Assembly (NCBI GenBank): GCA_964187785.1
Contig: OZ076409.1
Location: forward strand, 62,560,001 to 62,624,000
Length of the DNA stretch: 64,000 bases
Reading direction: 5' to 3'
DNA from: Amphiscolops sp. MND2022
Lineage: Eukaryota
Below, piece after piece: positions 61,001-64,000 of this stretch (position 1 is the first letter of the stretch; the number at the start of each line of letters is the position of its first letter). A program made the translations under genes and the position numbers. The notes under the pieces were generated by a model, which was not told where the DNA came from, made no database searches, and saw nothing but the letters and a program-made list of their open reading frames with translations.

Positions 61001-63229
61001 GGGGGCACAGAACACAGCAGCTGACTATTTGTCCCGATTAGAAGCAGATCCGAAGGACAAATTAGTCATGAAAATCCGTGAGGACGTACAAACTCTACCA
61101 ATTGAAATCAATGTTCAATCTGCGGGGGTATCACAGGAGGAACAAAAATTCTATACGAATGATGACGACGAGACAGAGGAACAGTATTGGGCAAGAAAAG
61201 AAGCATTCAGGAAAAATCCAATGACTGATGAGCCCACTGTTACCATAGAAACTCTGTCAACCAATTTGGTCAAACAACAACCAGACATCCAGGTCCGATT
61301 AAAGAAAACAAACCAGATAATCATCGAGCAGTCCAAAGATGCAGTTCTGCAACAATTGAAGGCAAAGCTCCTTCATGAAGATTATTCAGAAAACATACTG
61401 CACCAGGATGCCCGATATAGACATTACGCAAACAATCTGGAACGAATTGTACTAAAGGACGAAATCCTGACGAGGCAATATTTTGATGAAACAGGGAACG
61501 TAAAATACCATCAAATTTTACTCCCGCAACACCTACTTCGGGAATTGCTTCACTCCCTTCACGGGACAGCGCATAAACATCCCGGGATTTCAAAAATGTT
61601 GCAGGAAATTAGACAAAGGTACTACTACCCTAGCATGGCTAAACACGTCAAAAGGTGGGTAGAAGGGTGTGAACAATGTGCCAGAGACAAGAGAGTCCCT
61701 AACGCAACGATCACACCTGAGCTGCTCAACTTGCCCGAATGGGACCTTGGACCTGAAGACGCCATGCAGATTGACCTATTGCCGAATCTTCCCCCAAGTG
61801 GAGGATATGAAAATGTCCTAACGGCAATTGATGTTTTCTCCAGATATTTATTCGCTTATCCCCTTACAGACGCATCAGCGATCAATGTGGCAAAAGCGCT
61901 CATTGACATAATGACCAAGCATGCATATTTACCAACGACTCTTATTACTGATAAGGGTACTGCATTCACTTCTACGATTATTGCGGAGGTTACGCAAATT
62001 TTGGGCATTACACTCAAATGTGCAACGACAAAGCACCCGCAAACAATTGGGAAATTAGAGCGGACCCATGCCTCATTAAAGACAAACCTCAAAATGGCAT
62101 GTGGGGAATACCGCCGACAATGGCATAAATACTTACCATTAGCAGTACTCAATCATAATACGAGTTATCACGCCAGCATCGGTTGTGAGCCAACGAGAGT
62201 ATTCCATGGCAGAATTCCCTACAATATTTTGGATCACAAGCTTGGAAATAATCCAAACGAAAAGATCAGCCCTACAACTGAATTCGCCGAAGAAATCCAA
62301 AATCGGACGAAAACCTTGATTGACAAGACGAAACAGAACATTATGCAATCGTATATTAAATACAAAGAATACTACGATCGCAAGGCGAAAGCTGCTCCAT
62401 TGAAGGAGAATGAGTACTGTTTCGTCCTACAGCCGAAAGCGGACAATCAAGGATCAAAAATTCCATTCCGTGATTATCGATGGATTGGACCATTCATAGT
62501 CCAAAAAGTTTTACCCAATGAAAATTACATAGTTCGACGACTTAATACAAATAAAACTCAAATTTTGCATCGAATTCGCCTTAAAAGGTTTGTTCCCAAT
62601 CAACCGCTTGAGGACAATTTCCGAGAACAACGCTTCAACCAGACGAAGAAATTATCATTCCACAAGACGATTTATACGTCATAACGTGGGAAACAGACTT
62701 CGGCGAACAGCTAGTTACACGAGGCAACGAACCTATTCCGACTAGCTTGCCGAACGGCGAACGGCCGAGTATGGCAGAAAATACAAATGACGCAAACGAG
62801 AATGACGTCGATTACATAATCACGCGAGAAGGATTAAACAACGACAACGCGGTACACAGCCGGAATGACCGCTTAAGTCACGACGTAACGACAAGTAATG
62901 ACGTCACCGAAGAAGCATCGAATGACGAACCTGATTGGCCGAACGAGGCCGGTTTACCGAAAGCTCACGAAACGCATTCACCGAATACAGCAAATGACCT
63001 TCAAAAAGACAAAATCATTCTAGAAAGACCAAAAAACAAGGAAATTTTCCCACATGAAAATTTGCGAACCGAAACCGATACACAAAATTCTCCAAGAAGG
63101 GGGGATGATATTATCGTGCCCGAAATATCTGAAAACGATGCCAGAAATGAAAGTCTGAGCCCTAGAGGGGGGAAATATAACCTCAGACCTAACCCTAACC
63201 CAAACTACTCAGAAGACTACAGATATTAG
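57993..63229 (+). pseudogene. pol: Pol of element C; stops at 60279-60281 and 60573-60575, frameshift near 62635
   Basis: LIDTGA, YVDDI, TDASF and integrase motifs; colinear with element B Pol. Confidence 0.93.
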
Positions 63230-63472
63230 AGAAAATTAAATTCGGCTCAGGAAATTAGCCCTGAACTGTTTTATTCTCTTCTCTTTTACTTTTCTTTTTA
63301 CTAGTCCCATGCAGCAGTATCTTTTGAATAAATAAAGGGACACTTGGACGATCCCTTACAAAGAAAATAAATACGGGATCAGAAGAATCGAGAGCAACAA
63401 AATGAAATCAATAATACAAACAGAAAATCAACAAAGTTTACAGTCTGCAAGTACATAAATACATATGTACAA

Positions 63473-64000
63473 TTAGCTCTTAGAACCACCAGCAGACGAT
63501 TCACCAAGGACAGACGAAGCTCTACCCCGGGAACAACCCTTTTCCATCCGTCTCCGCTTACTATCACTGGGTGGCCTCACAGCAGGAGCATCAGGCACAG
63601 AAGAAGTATCAGCAAAAGTGGGACTTCTAAAATAGAATTCTGACCCGGAGAGAACAGAGCGATAAGAGGTGACGAGAGTCTTGTAAATTGCTGAACGGCC
63701 GAAGCTGTCTACAAAGGTCCACGGGTCGTAATCGGCAGCGAAGGCAGTCTGTCCAAACATCGAAGACAATTCGAAGAATTTCTCGAGACGAGACTCGGAA
63801 CAGCAGGCAACCAGAGAATCAGGCACTGTTGACAGATAACTTTGACAAGGCAAGATGACGTCCGCTAAACGAGACTGAAGCCCCTTTGTGTCAATCTTAC
63901 CCAAAGAAACAGGAGGATACTCGGGACTCACAGAAGTGATGCAGAGGCAACTCAGCTTGAACAGATAACAAAGATGCTCATGCGTGTGGAGAAACTCCAA
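63473..64000 (-). CDS. C-terminal part of the antisense hAT-derived accessory gene of element C
   Basis: HLCYLFKLSCLC, RLADVILPCQSYL and DPWTFVDSFG match B HLFHLFRLSCMC, RLSDVLFPAQSYL and DPWSHVDSFG. Confidence 0.85.
   Translation of the reverse strand: MEFLHTHEHLCYLFKLSCLCITSVSPEYPPVSLGKIDTKGLQSRLADVILPCQSYLSTVPDSLVACCSESRLEKFFELSSMFGQTAFAADYDPWTFVDSFGRSAIYKTLVTSYRSVLSGSEFYFRSPTFADTSSVPDAPAVRPPSDSKRRRMEKGCSRGRASSVLGESSAGGSKS

Larger units (their letters stand above)
55145..64000 (+). mobile_element. Ty3/Gypsy element C, divergent relative of element B; 3' part outside the window
   Basis: Same architecture and strongly similar Gag/Pol; antisense accessory gene follows pol; expected TSD ACTAC (55140-55144). 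Confidence 0.92.

Overview
AT-rich eukaryotic (probably animal) genomic DNA made almost entirely of nested transposable elements; no confident host gene, RNA gene or CRISPR array. Contents: (E) the 3' end of a probable LTR retroelement carrying a large ORF with SGNH-hydrolase-like motifs (1-4624); a spliced Crypton/DUF3504 fragment; (A) a young Mag-type Ty3/Gypsy element (6953-12984, minus strand, 205-bp LTRs, CTGTG TSD); (B) a complete 15.6-kb Ty3/Gypsy element (15179-30782, 1529-bp LTRs, CCAAA TSD); a hAT deletion derivative nested in a MULE-like element; many Helentron/DINE-like repeats; (D) an old Mag-type relic with an internal 2.25-kb tandem duplication; and (C) a divergent relative of B running off the window end (55145-64000). 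The most unusual system is the B/C family. gag starts inside the LTR, so the PBS is coding. Pol is reached by a conserved A_AAA_AAC -1 frameshift and has extra domains. The env position holds an antisense, intron-containing gene that appears derived from a catalytically dead hAT transposase, plus a sense ORF that reads through the PPT into U3. Both accessory genes show protein-level conservation between B and C. All homology calls are by-eye motif recognition, not database searches.
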